From: Sulfurospirillum sp.
GTDB taxonomy: Bacteria; Campylobacterota; Campylobacteria; Campylobacterales; Sulfurospirillaceae
Direction: 5' to 3'
Assembly (NCBI GenBank): GCA_045047115.1
Contig: JASFYR010000008.1
Span: forward strand, 1 to 64,000
DNA: 64,000 nucleotides
Positions 40,172 through 49,114 of this stretch are shown one piece after another; position 1 is the first letter of the stretch; each line of letters starts with the position of its first letter. The notes under the pieces were generated by a model. That model was not told the origin of the DNA. It did not search any database and worked only from the letters and a program-made list of their open reading frames with translations. Both the position numbers and the translations under genes were made by a program.

Positions 40172-40201
40172 CTAAAACCTTGGTAATATTTTTCTAACCA
40201 T
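40172..40201 (-). pseudogene. 9-codon mini-ORF (MVRKILPRF), possible deletion remnant of lptF
   Basis: ATG GTT AGA AAA ATA TTA CCA AGG TTT TAG overlaps the prepilin peptidase stop and ends 5 nt before truA, at the position usually held by an LptF/LptG-family gene. Confidence 0.45.
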
Positions 40202-40937
40202 AGATCTTTTCTAGCATATTTAGTATATTTTTGTCTAATAACCAGGTGATAAAAAGTCCTAGAGTTAAAAATGGTATAAATGGAAGATGAAAATCTTTTT
40301 TACCTACTATTAAAAATGCAAGAAGCGCTATGAGCGCAGAGATGTATATGGCACTGAGCCCTAAATTTATACCCAGTGTTGCTCCTATAATGGCGGCTAT
40401 GATGATATCTGCTTCTCCCATAGCCTCTTTTTTGATAATCCAAGATACTATCATTCTAAGTAGCGTAAAGCCACCTGCAAAAATAAGTGCATCTTGAAAG
40501 CTATTCAGAAAATCTCTTGCAAAAAATGAAATAAAAAGAGCAGGAAAACTAAGGGAGTCCGGTACGGCTTTATATCTTAAGTCGATAATGCTTAAAGCTA
40601 AAAGGAGGGCAAAAAGTATTCCCAATATTCCGCCTTGTATTATATCTTCACTTTTGATATATGACAAGACAAAAATCAGAGACACTAAAAATTCTACTAA
40701 AGGATATTGGAAAGATATTTTCTCTTTGCAGTATGCGCACTTACCTCTCAAAAATATCCAAGAAAGAAGCGGTATATTGTGGTAAAATTTCAATTTTTTC
40801 TTGCATTTTGGACAGTGTGAACCAGGAAAGGAGACACTCTCTCCCTTGGGAACTCTTAAAATAACAACATTCAAAAAAGAGCCTATTGCCAAGCCTAAAA
40901 CTACAAATAAAATTATATTTAAATCAAATGCCGCCAA
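40194..40937 (-). CDS. Prepilin peptidase (A24 family)
   Basis: GSFLNVVILR, SHCPKC, NIPLLSWIFLRGKCAYC, MGEAD, PFIPFL. Confidence 0.93.
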   Translation of the reverse strand: MAAFDLNIILFVVLGLAIGSFLNVVILRVPKGESVSFPGSHCPKCKKKLKFYHNIPLLSWIFLRGKCAYCKEKISFQYPLVEFLVSLIFVLSYIKSEDIIQGGILGILFALLLALSIIDLRYKAVPDSLSFPALFISFFARDFLNSFQDALIFAGGFTLLRMIVSWIIKKEAMGEADIIIAAIIGATLGINLGLSAIYISALIALLAFLIVGKKDFHLPFIPFLTLGLFITWLLDKNILNMLEKIYG

Positions 40938-41595
40938 ATCTTCTCTCCCTGTGTTTGTACTCTTCGACTATATCCTTAAACTCCTGTGTAGAAAAATCAG
41001 GCCAAAGTGTGTTTGTAAAAAACAGTTCAGCATAGGCACTCTGCCAAAGCAAAAAATTTGAAAGTCTTTTTTCGCCACCTGTTCTTATGAGGATATCAAC
41101 ATCTGGGAAATCCTTGGTGTCTAAGGCATTTGAGAGAGAATTTTCATCTATATCTTCGAGTTTTAGTTTTTTAATACTTCTTATTATCTCATCTTTTGAG
41201 CCATAATTTACGGCTAAAATCTGCGTTAATCCTTCGTTTTTTTTGGTTTTTTCTATTGTGTTGGTCATAATATCTTGCAGATTTTTTGAAAACTTTGAGA
41301 TGTCACCAATAATTCTAAATTTGATATTGTTTTGTATGAGAGTTTTTAACTCTCTTTTTAGAAACTGTGATAAAAGTTTCATCAAAAAATCAACCTCGCT
41401 CTTCTCTCTTTTCCAATTTTCTGTACTGAAAGCATAAAGTGTCAGGTATTTTAATCCAAGATTTGAAGCCTCTTTTGTTATCTCGATGACCTTTTTCGCT
41501 CCGATTTTATGGCCAAAAGTACGAATTTTACCCCTGTTTTTTGCCCATCTACCATTCCCATCCATTATAATTGCTATGTGTTGTAGGTTATTCAC
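40924..41595 (-). CDS. uppS: Undecaprenyl diphosphate synthase
   Basis: HIAIIMDGNGRWA, YAFSTENWKR, RTGGEKRLSNFLLWQ, RRFGG. Confidence 0.97.
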   Translation of the reverse strand: MNNLQHIAIIMDGNGRWAKNRGKIRTFGHKIGAKKVIEITKEASNLGLKYLTLYAFSTENWKREKSEVDFLMKLLSQFLKRELKTLIQNNIKFRIIGDISKFSKNLQDIMTNTIEKTKKNEGLTQILAVNYGSKDEIIRSIKKLKLEDIDENSLSNALDTKDFPDVDILIRTGGEKRLSNFLLWQSAYAELFFTNTLWPDFSTQEFKDIVEEYKHRERRFGGI

Positions 41596-41611
41596 TTATT
41601 TGCCTTGTGCG

Positions 41612-42805
41612 TCATATATTTTTCAGTTCTTCAAAAATTTTAAATGAAATATTGAGTTTTGTATCCAAAGACAGCTTTGTTTCCTTTTTTTTGCTTATGA
41701 GAGTGATCTCGTTTTGTTCACTTCCAAAGTTATTGTTTTTGTCTATTATATTTAAACAAACAGCATCAAGATTTTTATTTTTAAGCATATCTTTTGCACT
41801 TTTCAAGGCAGTGTTTTTATCAAGTTCAGCCTTAAATCCTATGGTTTTTATACCGTTTTTTTCTATATCTTGTAAAATATCTCTGTTTTTTATAAGCTCA
41901 AGAGAAAATCTATCCCCCAGCTTCTCCTTTTTTAATTTTCCATTGAACTCTTCTTTGCAGATATAATCACTAACAGCAGCTACCATAAAGAGATAGCTTT
42001 CTTTTTTTAAACTCTTTTTTAAGGTGGCATAGACATCTTTTGAACTTGGAGCAGATATGATTTTTATCTCATTTGGAAGATCGCTCACGCTTTGCGTGCT
42101 GATGAAAGTCACTTGTGCGCCAAGGTAATATGCAGCCAGTGCCAGTGATTTTGCCATTTTCCCACTAGAGTTGTTGCTTATGTATCTGACATCATCTATT
42201 TTCTCTTTTGTTCCACCGCCTGTTATGATTATATTTCTGTTTTTCCAAAAAATATCACTCAAAACAGATGTGCAGATTTTGAAGTATATTTGCATAGGGT
42301 CTGCCATGGCCCCTATACCTTTATCGTTGCAGGCCAAAAGTTTGTTTTGCGCCTCTATGATTTCATAGCCAAAACTTTCAAGTTTTTTTATTGATTCTTG
42401 TGTGCTTGGATGTAGCAACATATTTGTATTTGCAGAAGGAGCTATAAGAACTTTTTTATTAAAAGCCAAAAGGGTTTGTATCAAGAGATTGTCAGCTATA
42501 CCATGCGAGAGTTTGTTTATGCTGTTTGCGGAAATTGGGGCAACAATAAATATATCAGCCCATTTTCCAATATGTATATGGTTATTGTCATCTGCCCAAT
42601 TTTCAGTCTCTGCATGTAGAGCTCTGTTTTGAGATATAGCTTCGAATGTCAAAGGGGTGATGAATTTTTTTGCACTTTCACTCATGATGACTCTCACGCT
42701 TGCCTTTGATTTTATCAGTAGTCTTATAAGCTCCAAAGTTTTATATATCGCTATAGAACCTGTTACACCAATGAGAATATTTTTGTTTTTCAGGAGTTCA
42801 TTCAC
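41612..42805 (-). CDS. coaBC: Bifunctional phosphopantothenoylcysteine decarboxylase/ligase
   Basis: GVTGSIAIYK, GIADNL, LACNDKGIG, DDVRYISNNSSGKM, AAVSDY, GFKAE. Confidence 0.96.
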   Translation of the reverse strand: MNELLKNKNILIGVTGSIAIYKTLELIRLLIKSKASVRVIMSESAKKFITPLTFEAISQNRALHAETENWADDNNHIHIGKWADIFIVAPISANSINKLSHGIADNLLIQTLLAFNKKVLIAPSANTNMLLHPSTQESIKKLESFGYEIIEAQNKLLACNDKGIGAMADPMQIYFKICTSVLSDIFWKNRNIIITGGGTKEKIDDVRYISNNSSGKMAKSLALAAYYLGAQVTFISTQSVSDLPNEIKIISAPSSKDVYATLKKSLKKESYLFMVAAVSDYICKEEFNGKLKKEKLGDRFSLELIKNRDILQDIEKNGIKTIGFKAELDKNTALKSAKDMLKNKNLDAVCLNIIDKNNNFGSEQNEITLISKKKETKLSLDTKLNISFKIFEELKNI

Positions 42806-44100
42806 TGTTTTTCACCAAAAAATTTATAAAAAAAACCACTTATGATTTTCAGAGGTGCTCTGTTAATCGCCAGTGCGCCTTTTGGGATATTTTTGGTAAC
42901 AGTTGTACCTGAGGCAATTATGACATTATCTTCTACGCTAAGAGGAGCTACTAGTTGAGTATCGCTTCCTATAAAGACATTTTTGCCGATGATGGTTTTG
43001 TATTTGCCCTTTCCATTGTAATTGCAGGTGATTGTTCCGCAGCCGATATTTGTACCTTCATCAATTTCGCTATCGCCGAGATAGCTTAAATGACCGGCTT
43101 TTACACCTTTTAAAGTAGATTTTTTAACCTCTACAAAATTTCCAATATGTGTATTTAGTATATGGCTCTTGGGCCTTATTCTGGCCATTGGACCAATGTC
43201 AGAATTTTCTATAATAGAGTCCTCGACAACAGAGTTTGTTTTTATATGTGAGTTTACTATCTTAGAGTTTCCAAGCAGACTCACCCCACTTTCTATAGTG
43301 CTTTCTCCCTCTATAATGACTTCCGATTCGATATAAATGGTTTCGGGGAGTCTCATGATTACACCATTTTCCATAAACTCTTTTTTTATTCTGTTTTGCA
43401 TTATTTTTTCAGCTAAAGAGAGTTGGTATTTTGAGTTTATACCCATAAAAGTATTTTCATCTGTCTGCACTGCTTTTACTTTTATATTTTGGTTATTTGC
43501 TATTTTTATAAGATCGGTTATATAATACTCTTTTTGCAGGTTAGAATTTGTGAGTTTTTTGAGATTTTCATTTAAAAAAGTTACATCAAACAGATATACA
43601 CCGGCATTTACACTTTTGACATTTTTTTCTTTATCTGTTGCGTCTTTTTCTTCGACTATTTTTTCAACCTCATTTTTTTTATTCATAATAACTCTGCCAT
43701 AGCCGCTTGGATCTTCACATGTAAAGCTGCTCATTACAACACTTTGCTTCTCTTTTATTAAAGAGAGCATATCTTTTGCTTCGACAAGAGGCATATCCCC
43801 GTTTAATACCAGGACTCTTTGGTGTTTTGGTTTTATATCTCTTAAAGTTCCGCCGGTTCCTGGGAATTTTTGAACATCTTGAATTATATATGTTATATCA
43901 TCAAAATATTTTTCCATCTCTTTTTGTACTAAATCTGCTTGATGGTATAAGATCACTATAATATCATCACTGACTTTTTTTCCTTCTTTGATTGTGTGAT
44001 ACAGCATTTCATAGCCACTTATTTTGTGTAAAACTTTTGGTAGTTTTGATTTCATCCTGGTTCCAAAACCAGCAGCCATAACTACAATAGAGGTGCTCAT
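42802..44100 (-). CDS. glmU: Bifunctional UDP-GlcNAc pyrophosphorylase/glucosamine-1-phosphate acetyltransferase
   Basis: AAGFGTRMKS, GYGR, EYYITD, GNFVEVK, HLSYLGD, GTITCNY. Confidence 0.97.
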   Translation of the reverse strand: MSTSIVVMAAGFGTRMKSKLPKVLHKISGYEMLYHTIKEGKKVSDDIIVILYHQADLVQKEMEKYFDDITYIIQDVQKFPGTGGTLRDIKPKHQRVLVLNGDMPLVEAKDMLSLIKEKQSVVMSSFTCEDPSGYGRVIMNKKNEVEKIVEEKDATDKEKNVKSVNAGVYLFDVTFLNENLKKLTNSNLQKEYYITDLIKIANNQNIKVKAVQTDENTFMGINSKYQLSLAEKIMQNRIKKEFMENGVIMRLPETIYIESEVIIEGESTIESGVSLLGNSKIVNSHIKTNSVVEDSIIENSDIGPMARIRPKSHILNTHIGNFVEVKKSTLKGVKAGHLSYLGDSEIDEGTNIGCGTITCNYNGKGKYKTIIGKNVFIGSDTQLVAPLSVEDNVIIASGTTVTKNIPKGALAINRAPLKIISGFFYKFFGEKQ

Positions 44101-44113
44101 AGATGTTTTCTCC

Positions 44114-44140
44114 TAAACAATATAAATAAATATCCGATAT
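44114..44140 (+). promoter_or_regulatory. Sigma28 promoter upstream of the stator genes
   Basis: TAAA-N15-TCCGATAT, about 155 nt upstream of motA. Confidence 0.65.
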
Positions 44141-44296
44141 ATGTACCAAAATCACTGCAAATATGATGCAGTGTGCAAGATTAAATTATAACTAAAATTT
44201 GTTTTAAATGGGCTAAAGATATCTCTAAAAGTTGAGTTTAATCATCTTTTAACCCAAATAAACATAGAATAATACAGTTATTTTAAAGGTTAAAAT

Positions 44297-45061
44297 ATGG
44301 ATTTAGGAACCGTTGTTGGTTTGGTGCTGACTTTAGCACTTCTTTTTGGCGCAATGGCTATGGGTGTGGGTATTGGTCCTTATATCGATATACCTTCGGT
44401 TTTGATTGTATTTGGTGGAACTACAGGTGTTCTTTTGGTTGGCTTCAAAATGGAGCAAATGAAAAATCTTGTCAAGTACTTTATGATTGCTATCAAACCT
44501 CCTCAAGAAGATATTGGAGAGCTTATTAAAAAAATGGTTGAGTACTCAACAAAAGCCAGAAGAGATGGAATTTTAGCACTAGAAACTGATGCAAACAATG
44601 AATCAAATGAATTTTTAAAAAAAGGTCTCTCTATGGCAGTTGATGGCAACGAGCCTGATACTATCAGGGATCTGTTGGAAATAGATATGGACCAGACAAG
44701 TGAACGACACAAAGCAAATGCACAAATCTTTGATCAAATGGGTGGATTTTCCGGTGCTATGGGGATGATAGGAACACTTATCGGTTTGGTTGCAATGCTT
44801 CTGAATATGTCAGACCCCTCTGCAATTGGACCCTCTATGGCAGTTGCTTTGCTTACTACGATGTATGGTGCTATGATTGGAAATATAATAGGAGCTCCAA
44901 TAGCAAATATATTGCTTATCCGTGACAGCGATGAAATACTTGTAAAAACACTTATAATAGAGGGTATTATGGCTATCCAATCAGGCGACAACCCAAGAAC
45001 ACTAGAGGGGAAACTCTTATCTTTCTTGCCTCCAAAAGAGAGAGAAAGTCAGTTTAATTAA
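44297..45061 (+). CDS. motA: Flagellar stator A subunit (PomA-like)
   Basis: ARRDGILALE, AMGMIGTLIGLVAML, GPSMAVALLTTMYG, GDNPR. Confidence 0.93.
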   Translation: MDLGTVVGLVLTLALLFGAMAMGVGIGPYIDIPSVLIVFGGTTGVLLVGFKMEQMKNLVKYFMIAIKPPQEDIGELIKKMVEYSTKARRDGILALETDANNESNEFLKKGLSMAVDGNEPDTIRDLLEIDMDQTSERHKANAQIFDQMGGFSGAMGMIGTLIGLVAMLLNMSDPSAIGPSMAVALLTTMYGAMIGNIIGAPIANILLIRDSDEILVKTLIIEGIMAIQSGDNPRTLEGKLLSFLPPKERESQFN

Positions 45062-45063
45062 TT

Positions 45064-45855
45064 ATGGGTAAAAAAGCAAAACCATGTGATTGTCCTAAGT
45101 GTATGCCGGGATGGCTGGCTGCATTTGGTGACTTGATGTCACTGCTTCTATGTTTTTTTGTATTGTTGCTTTCTATGTCAACAATGGATGCAAAAAAAAT
45201 ACAAGAAGCTATAGGCTCTTTAGCGGGGGCACTAAGTGTCCTTGAGGGTGGTACCAAGATGGATATAAGCAGAGAGAAACAGCAGCAAATAGAGACTGTC
45301 AATGTAAAAAGCAAAGACAGGACAACAAACAGTGTAACTTCTGCGATAAGCAAGACAATAAAAGAGGTAAATGAGATTTTAAAGGCTACAGGATCTCCGC
45401 AAGTGACACTTGAAGAGGCACAGAGCGGGTTCACCATAAGACTGCCTGGAGCACTTTTGTTTAAGCCAGGATCTGCCAAAATAGAAAATCAAGACGCAAT
45501 ACTGTTTCTAAAAAGAATTGCTCTTATAATAGAAAAATTACCTGAAAATCTTCACATAAATGTTGTTGGCTATACGGATGATACTATGCCTGATGCAAAA
45601 TCTCCATATAGAGATAATTGGGATCTCTCAACTGCCAGAGGAGTAAGTGTTGTCAAGGAGTTGATTAAAGATAAAATTTCTCCAAAAAGACTTCTTGCCG
45701 GTGGCAAGGCTCAGTACGATCCTATTGCTTCTAATGCAACTATGCAGGGTAAGGCTAAAAACAGAAGGGTAGAGTTGAAATTTTACTCTATAACAAACAA
45801 AAATAAAGATAGAGCTAAAAAAAGCATACTTGATATGAAAAAACAAGAGAAATAA
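45064..45855 (+). CDS. motB: Flagellar stator B subunit (PomB-like)
   Basis: WLAAFGDLMSLLLCFFVLL TM segment; OmpA-like NWDLSTAR...NRRVE. Confidence 0.93.
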   Translation: MGKKAKPCDCPKCMPGWLAAFGDLMSLLLCFFVLLLSMSTMDAKKIQEAIGSLAGALSVLEGGTKMDISREKQQQIETVNVKSKDRTTNSVTSAISKTIKEVNEILKATGSPQVTLEEAQSGFTIRLPGALLFKPGSAKIENQDAILFLKRIALIIEKLPENLHINVVGYTDDTMPDAKSPYRDNWDLSTARGVSVVKELIKDKISPKRLLAGGKAQYDPIASNATMQGKAKNRRVELKFYSITNKNKDRAKKSILDMKKQEK

Positions 45856-46590
45856 TTGAAAAAAAGTATATTTGTTTTTCTACTCTTTATACCCGTTTTT
45901 ATATTTGGAGCAGATACGATACCAACAGTCAATCTTTCTTTGAGCGCTCCCACAAGTCCCCAGCAGTTGGTTACAAGTTTAAATCTTCTGGTTGTCTTGA
46001 CAGTACTTGTGCTTGCCCCGTCAATTTTATTTATGATGACAAGTTTTTTGAGACTGGTTATAGTATTTTCTTTTTTGAGACAGGCTCTGGGAACTCAGCA
46101 AATGCCTCCAAGCAATATCTTGGTCTCTTTGGCTCTTATACTTACATTTTTTATCATGGAGCCGGTGGCTACCAAATCATATGATACAGCGATAAAACCA
46201 TATCTTGCAAAACAGATGGGATATCAAGAAGCTTTTACAAAAGCTGTTGAGCCATTTAAATCTTTTATGATTAGAAACACAAGAGAGAAAGATTTAGCAC
46301 TTTTTTTTAGAATTAGAAAACTAAATAATCCTAAAAATATTCAAGATGTTCCTCTTACTGTTGCAGTTCCTGCATTTATGATTAGTGAGTTGAAGACTGC
46401 TTTTGAGATTGGGTTTTTACTTTACCTTCCGTTTTTGGTGATTGATATGGTTGTGAGTTCTGTCCTTATGAGTATGGGTATGATGATGCTACCGCCAGTG
46501 ATGATATCTTTGCCGTTTAAGCTTTTGATATTTGTAATGGTAGATGGTTGGAATCTTTTAGTCGGTAGTCTGGTTGCGAGTTTTCATTGA
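45856..46590 (+). CDS. fliP: Flagellar export gate protein FliP
   Basis: MMTSFLR, RQALGTQQMPP, PAFMISELKTAF, MGMMMLPP, DGWNL. Confidence 0.97.
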   Translation: MKKSIFVFLLFIPVFIFGADTIPTVNLSLSAPTSPQQLVTSLNLLVVLTVLVLAPSILFMMTSFLRLVIVFSFLRQALGTQQMPPSNILVSLALILTFFIMEPVATKSYDTAIKPYLAKQMGYQEAFTKAVEPFKSFMIRNTREKDLALFFRIRKLNNPKNIQDVPLTVAVPAFMISELKTAFEIGFLLYLPFLVIDMVVSSVLMSMGMMMLPPVMISLPFKLLIFVMVDGWNLLVGSLVASFH

Positions 46591-46620
46591 CATGACTCTA
46601 TATGAATAGAGCCATGTCAA
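46587..46620. terminator. Probable bidirectional terminator hairpin
   Basis: 15-bp inverted repeat TTGACATGACTCTAT / ATAGAGCCATGTCAA (one mismatch, 4-nt loop) between convergent genes. Confidence 0.7.
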
Positions 46621-46625
46621 ATAGT

Positions 46626-46892
46626 TTATTTTTTTGGGCATCCGTTAGATTTTACAATAGTTAAAAAAGGAGTATTTGGACATTTGTCATAAATGTCTAT
46701 CACTCCATCGTTATCGCTATCTACGGCACATCCATATTTATCCACAAGTGCAAGTTTGGGTGTATTTTTACAGATATCACTCTTATTGCTTACTCCATCT
46801 TGATCATCATCTGTGTTTATTAGATTTTTGGTGGCACACCCACTTACTAAAATAGTAAAAATCAAAGATAAAAAAATAGAGTGTCTAGTCAT
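46626..46892 (-). CDS. Small lipoprotein with two thrombospondin type-3-like repeats
   Basis: Lipobox LVSGC; repeats DDDQDGV...DIC..TP...GC and DSDNDGV...DKCPNTP...GCP. Confidence 0.82.
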   Translation of the reverse strand: MTRHSIFLSLIFTILVSGCATKNLINTDDDQDGVSNKSDICKNTPKLALVDKYGCAVDSDNDGVIDIYDKCPNTPFLTIVKSNGCPKK

Positions 46893-47410
46893 TAAAATAC
46901 TCCTCCGCCCATTCCACCACCGGAACCCCCCATTCCACCACCGGAACCCCCCATTCCACCTTCTGAGGCACCGCCTATTCCTATGCCCATATTTCCCATG
47001 CTCTCTTCTGCTTTGCTACCGAAAGAATTCTTTTCTGAATTTTTAGAGTTTTGCGCTTTTTCCATCATGCTTTGTGTTTCAGTTTTTTGTTGATGAATTT
47101 TATCTAATACGCTTTTGATTTTTTCTGCTCTTTCTGCTTTTTTAGAGGAAGAGATTTTGGCTTTTATAGCATTCATATACTTATATCTATACTGATTTTG
47201 CGCTTTATTCATTTTAGCAATCAACTCATCTATACTTGTGCTGCTTGCGATATCCTGATTTACAGTTGTTTCTTCACTTGTCTGTGTTGAAGTATCTGTA
47301 TTTTGTGTACTTGTTGTAGTATCCGTACCGGATGTTTGTGTAGCTTCTGCAGCATAAATTGAACTTGATAGCGTCAATAGAGCGCAGATAAGTAAATTTT
47401 TTGCATTCAT
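46892..47410 (-). CDS. Secreted low-complexity hypothetical protein
   Basis: Signal peptide; Thr/Ser-rich linker; helical core IDELIAKM...QYRYKYMNAIK; Gly/Met-rich tail. Confidence 0.8.
   Translation of the reverse strand: MNAKNLLICALLTLSSSIYAAEATQTSGTDTTTSTQNTDTSTQTSEETTVNQDIASSTSIDELIAKMNKAQNQYRYKYMNAIKAKISSSKKAERAEKIKSVLDKIHQQKTETQSMMEKAQNSKNSEKNSFGSKAEESMGNMGIGIGGASEGGMGGSGGGMGGSGGGMGGGVF
46908..46960. repeat. 21-bp coding tandem repeat (about 2.5 copies)
   Basis: CCCATTCCACCACCGGAACCC at 46908 and 46929, partial copy at 46950; encodes GGMGGSG repeats. Confidence 0.85.
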
Positions 47411-47438
47411 TTTATATCCTTTATGTTTTAATGCTGAA

Positions 47439-47470
47439 ATTATGGCACATAAATGTTACCTGAGTGTTAC
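47439..47470 (-). promoter_or_regulatory. Putative OmpR-family box and extended -10 upstream of the secreted protein gene
   Basis: Minus strand GTAACA-N5-GTAACA (11-bp period), then TGcCATAAT. Confidence 0.6.
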
Positions 47471-48490
47471 TTTAATCTTGGTTCCGATATTTTTAATGCT
47501 TTGTATTTCTATTTTGTATTTTAATTTATCAACATTTTTTTTGACTATATTCAGTCCCAGTCCTATGCCACGATCACTCTCTTTATAGTACCTTTGAAAA
47601 ACTTTTTTAGGATTTTTTATGCCTATGCCCGTATCTTCTATTGTTATCTGTTTTTCATCAACTGTTATAGATACTTTTCCATTTTCTCTATTATACTTAC
47701 AGGCATTTGAAATTAAATTATCTAAGATTCTACTTATTGCGTCATATGAAGTATATAAAAAATCAATATAAATATGGCTTGTAAAATTTATATCCGGATA
47801 GAGATATTGATAGAAAGATATTTTTTCACTAATCATATCTTTTATATTTACCTCGCTGATTTTTAGAGGAGTCTCTTTTATTAGTGATTCTAGATTGCCA
47901 TATAGTGAACCGATTTTTTTAACTGAAAATTCAATCCTCTTGATGGCTTCAACTGAAGGTTTTTGTTTTATTATTGTTAAATTCAAAAGAATTGAAGAGA
48001 TGGGTGTGTTTAGATCATGAATTATATCTTTGAGAAATTCATCTAGTAAAAAAAGTGCTTTTTTCAGAGGATTGATTGCAAAAAGTGAGTACATAATCGA
48101 AAGCAGTAAAAGCACCAATCCACTTAATAAAAAGTAGATAAAAGCTTTTTGTTTTATTTTTTCTATGCTGTTTTTGTATCTTTTATAAGGATATATGATC
48201 ATAAGAGAGTTTTTTTTAGAGTTTGGTATATCAAAATATGCAAATATTTTATTATTTGTTATATGTAGGCTATAGAGTTCATTTATGTTTTTAAATGGAA
48301 CTATATCGATAGTCATATCTTTATCTTTAAAATTGTAGTTGTATAGTTTGATTTTGTTAAATATCTCTACATGCAGTGAAGCCTTTTGCTCGTTAAAATA
48401 GAAGAAAAATATGATACTATTTAAGAACAGAAGAGTAGTAAAAAACAGAGTAAAACTCTTTAGAAAGGACTCTTTTTCATATCTCTTCAA
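47456..48490 (-). CDS. Sensor histidine kinase
   Basis: Two TMs; KDIIHDLNTP, DNLISNACKY, DTGIG, GIGLGL. Confidence 0.93.
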   Translation of the reverse strand: MKRYEKESFLKSFTLFFTTLLFLNSIIFFFYFNEQKASLHVEIFNKIKLYNYNFKDKDMTIDIVPFKNINELYSLHITNNKIFAYFDIPNSKKNSLMIIYPYKRYKNSIEKIKQKAFIYFLLSGLVLLLLSIMYSLFAINPLKKALFLLDEFLKDIIHDLNTPISSILLNLTIIKQKPSVEAIKRIEFSVKKIGSLYGNLESLIKETPLKISEVNIKDMISEKISFYQYLYPDINFTSHIYIDFLYTSYDAISRILDNLISNACKYNRENGKVSITVDEKQITIEDTGIGIKNPKKVFQRYYKESDRGIGLGLNIVKKNVDKLKYKIEIQSIKNIGTKIKVTLR

Positions 48491-49112
48491 GACGGTATCC
48501 TTGTCCTCTTATATTTGAAATATCAATATTTAGATTTTTCTTAATCTTGGAAAGATGAACTCTAAGAGCCAAATCGGTTGGTTTTTCCATAACATCAAAG
48601 AGTTCATTTTTATTTAATACTTTGCCGATATTTTTAAGAAACAGTAAAAAAATCTCTTTATCGATTTGGGGAAGTTTTACGATTTGATTGTCTTGTTTTA
48701 TGGTAAAATCTTCAGTATCAAACTCTATATTTGCATATTTAATTTTTGAATCTTTGATGTTCAATTTTGCGCTTATTCTTATAAGCAGTTCATCAAAGTC
48801 AAAAGGTTTTTTTATATAATCATCAGCTCCGGAATTAAATCCTTTGGAGAGTGATTCTATATCTCTTAAGGCTGTTATAAAAAAAGCCGGTGTTTTATCT
48901 CCACTGTCGCGAAGCTCTTTTAAAAAATCAAAACCATTAAGAAAGGGTACATTGACATCCAAAAGATAGAGATCAAATCTATTTTCAAAAGAGAGATCAA
49001 GTGCAGCATTTCCATTTTTTGCCAATAATACCTGGTATCCTTGGGCAGCAAGTAGTTCTTTAAGTGTTTGAGATAAAATCTCATCATCTTCCAAAAGTAA
49101 AATTCTATACAA
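48477..49112 (-). CDS. OmpR-family response regulator
   Basis: LLEDD, LLDVNVP, GADDYIKKPF, RGQGYRL. Confidence 0.93.
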   Translation of the reverse strand: MYRILLLEDDEILSQTLKELLAAQGYQVLLAKNGNAALDLSFENRFDLYLLDVNVPFLNGFDFLKELRDSGDKTPAFFITALRDIESLSKGFNSGADDYIKKPFDFDELLIRISAKLNIKDSKIKYANIEFDTEDFTIKQDNQIVKLPQIDKEIFLLFLKNIGKVLNKNELFDVMEKPTDLALRVHLSKIKKNLNIDISNIRGQGYRLEEI

Positions 49113-49114
49113 GT

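Noticed and set aside
46908..46960. Direct repeats as a possible CRISPR array
   Set aside because: Head-to-tail 21-bp units with no spacers, in frame within a Gly-rich coding tail; no cas genes.
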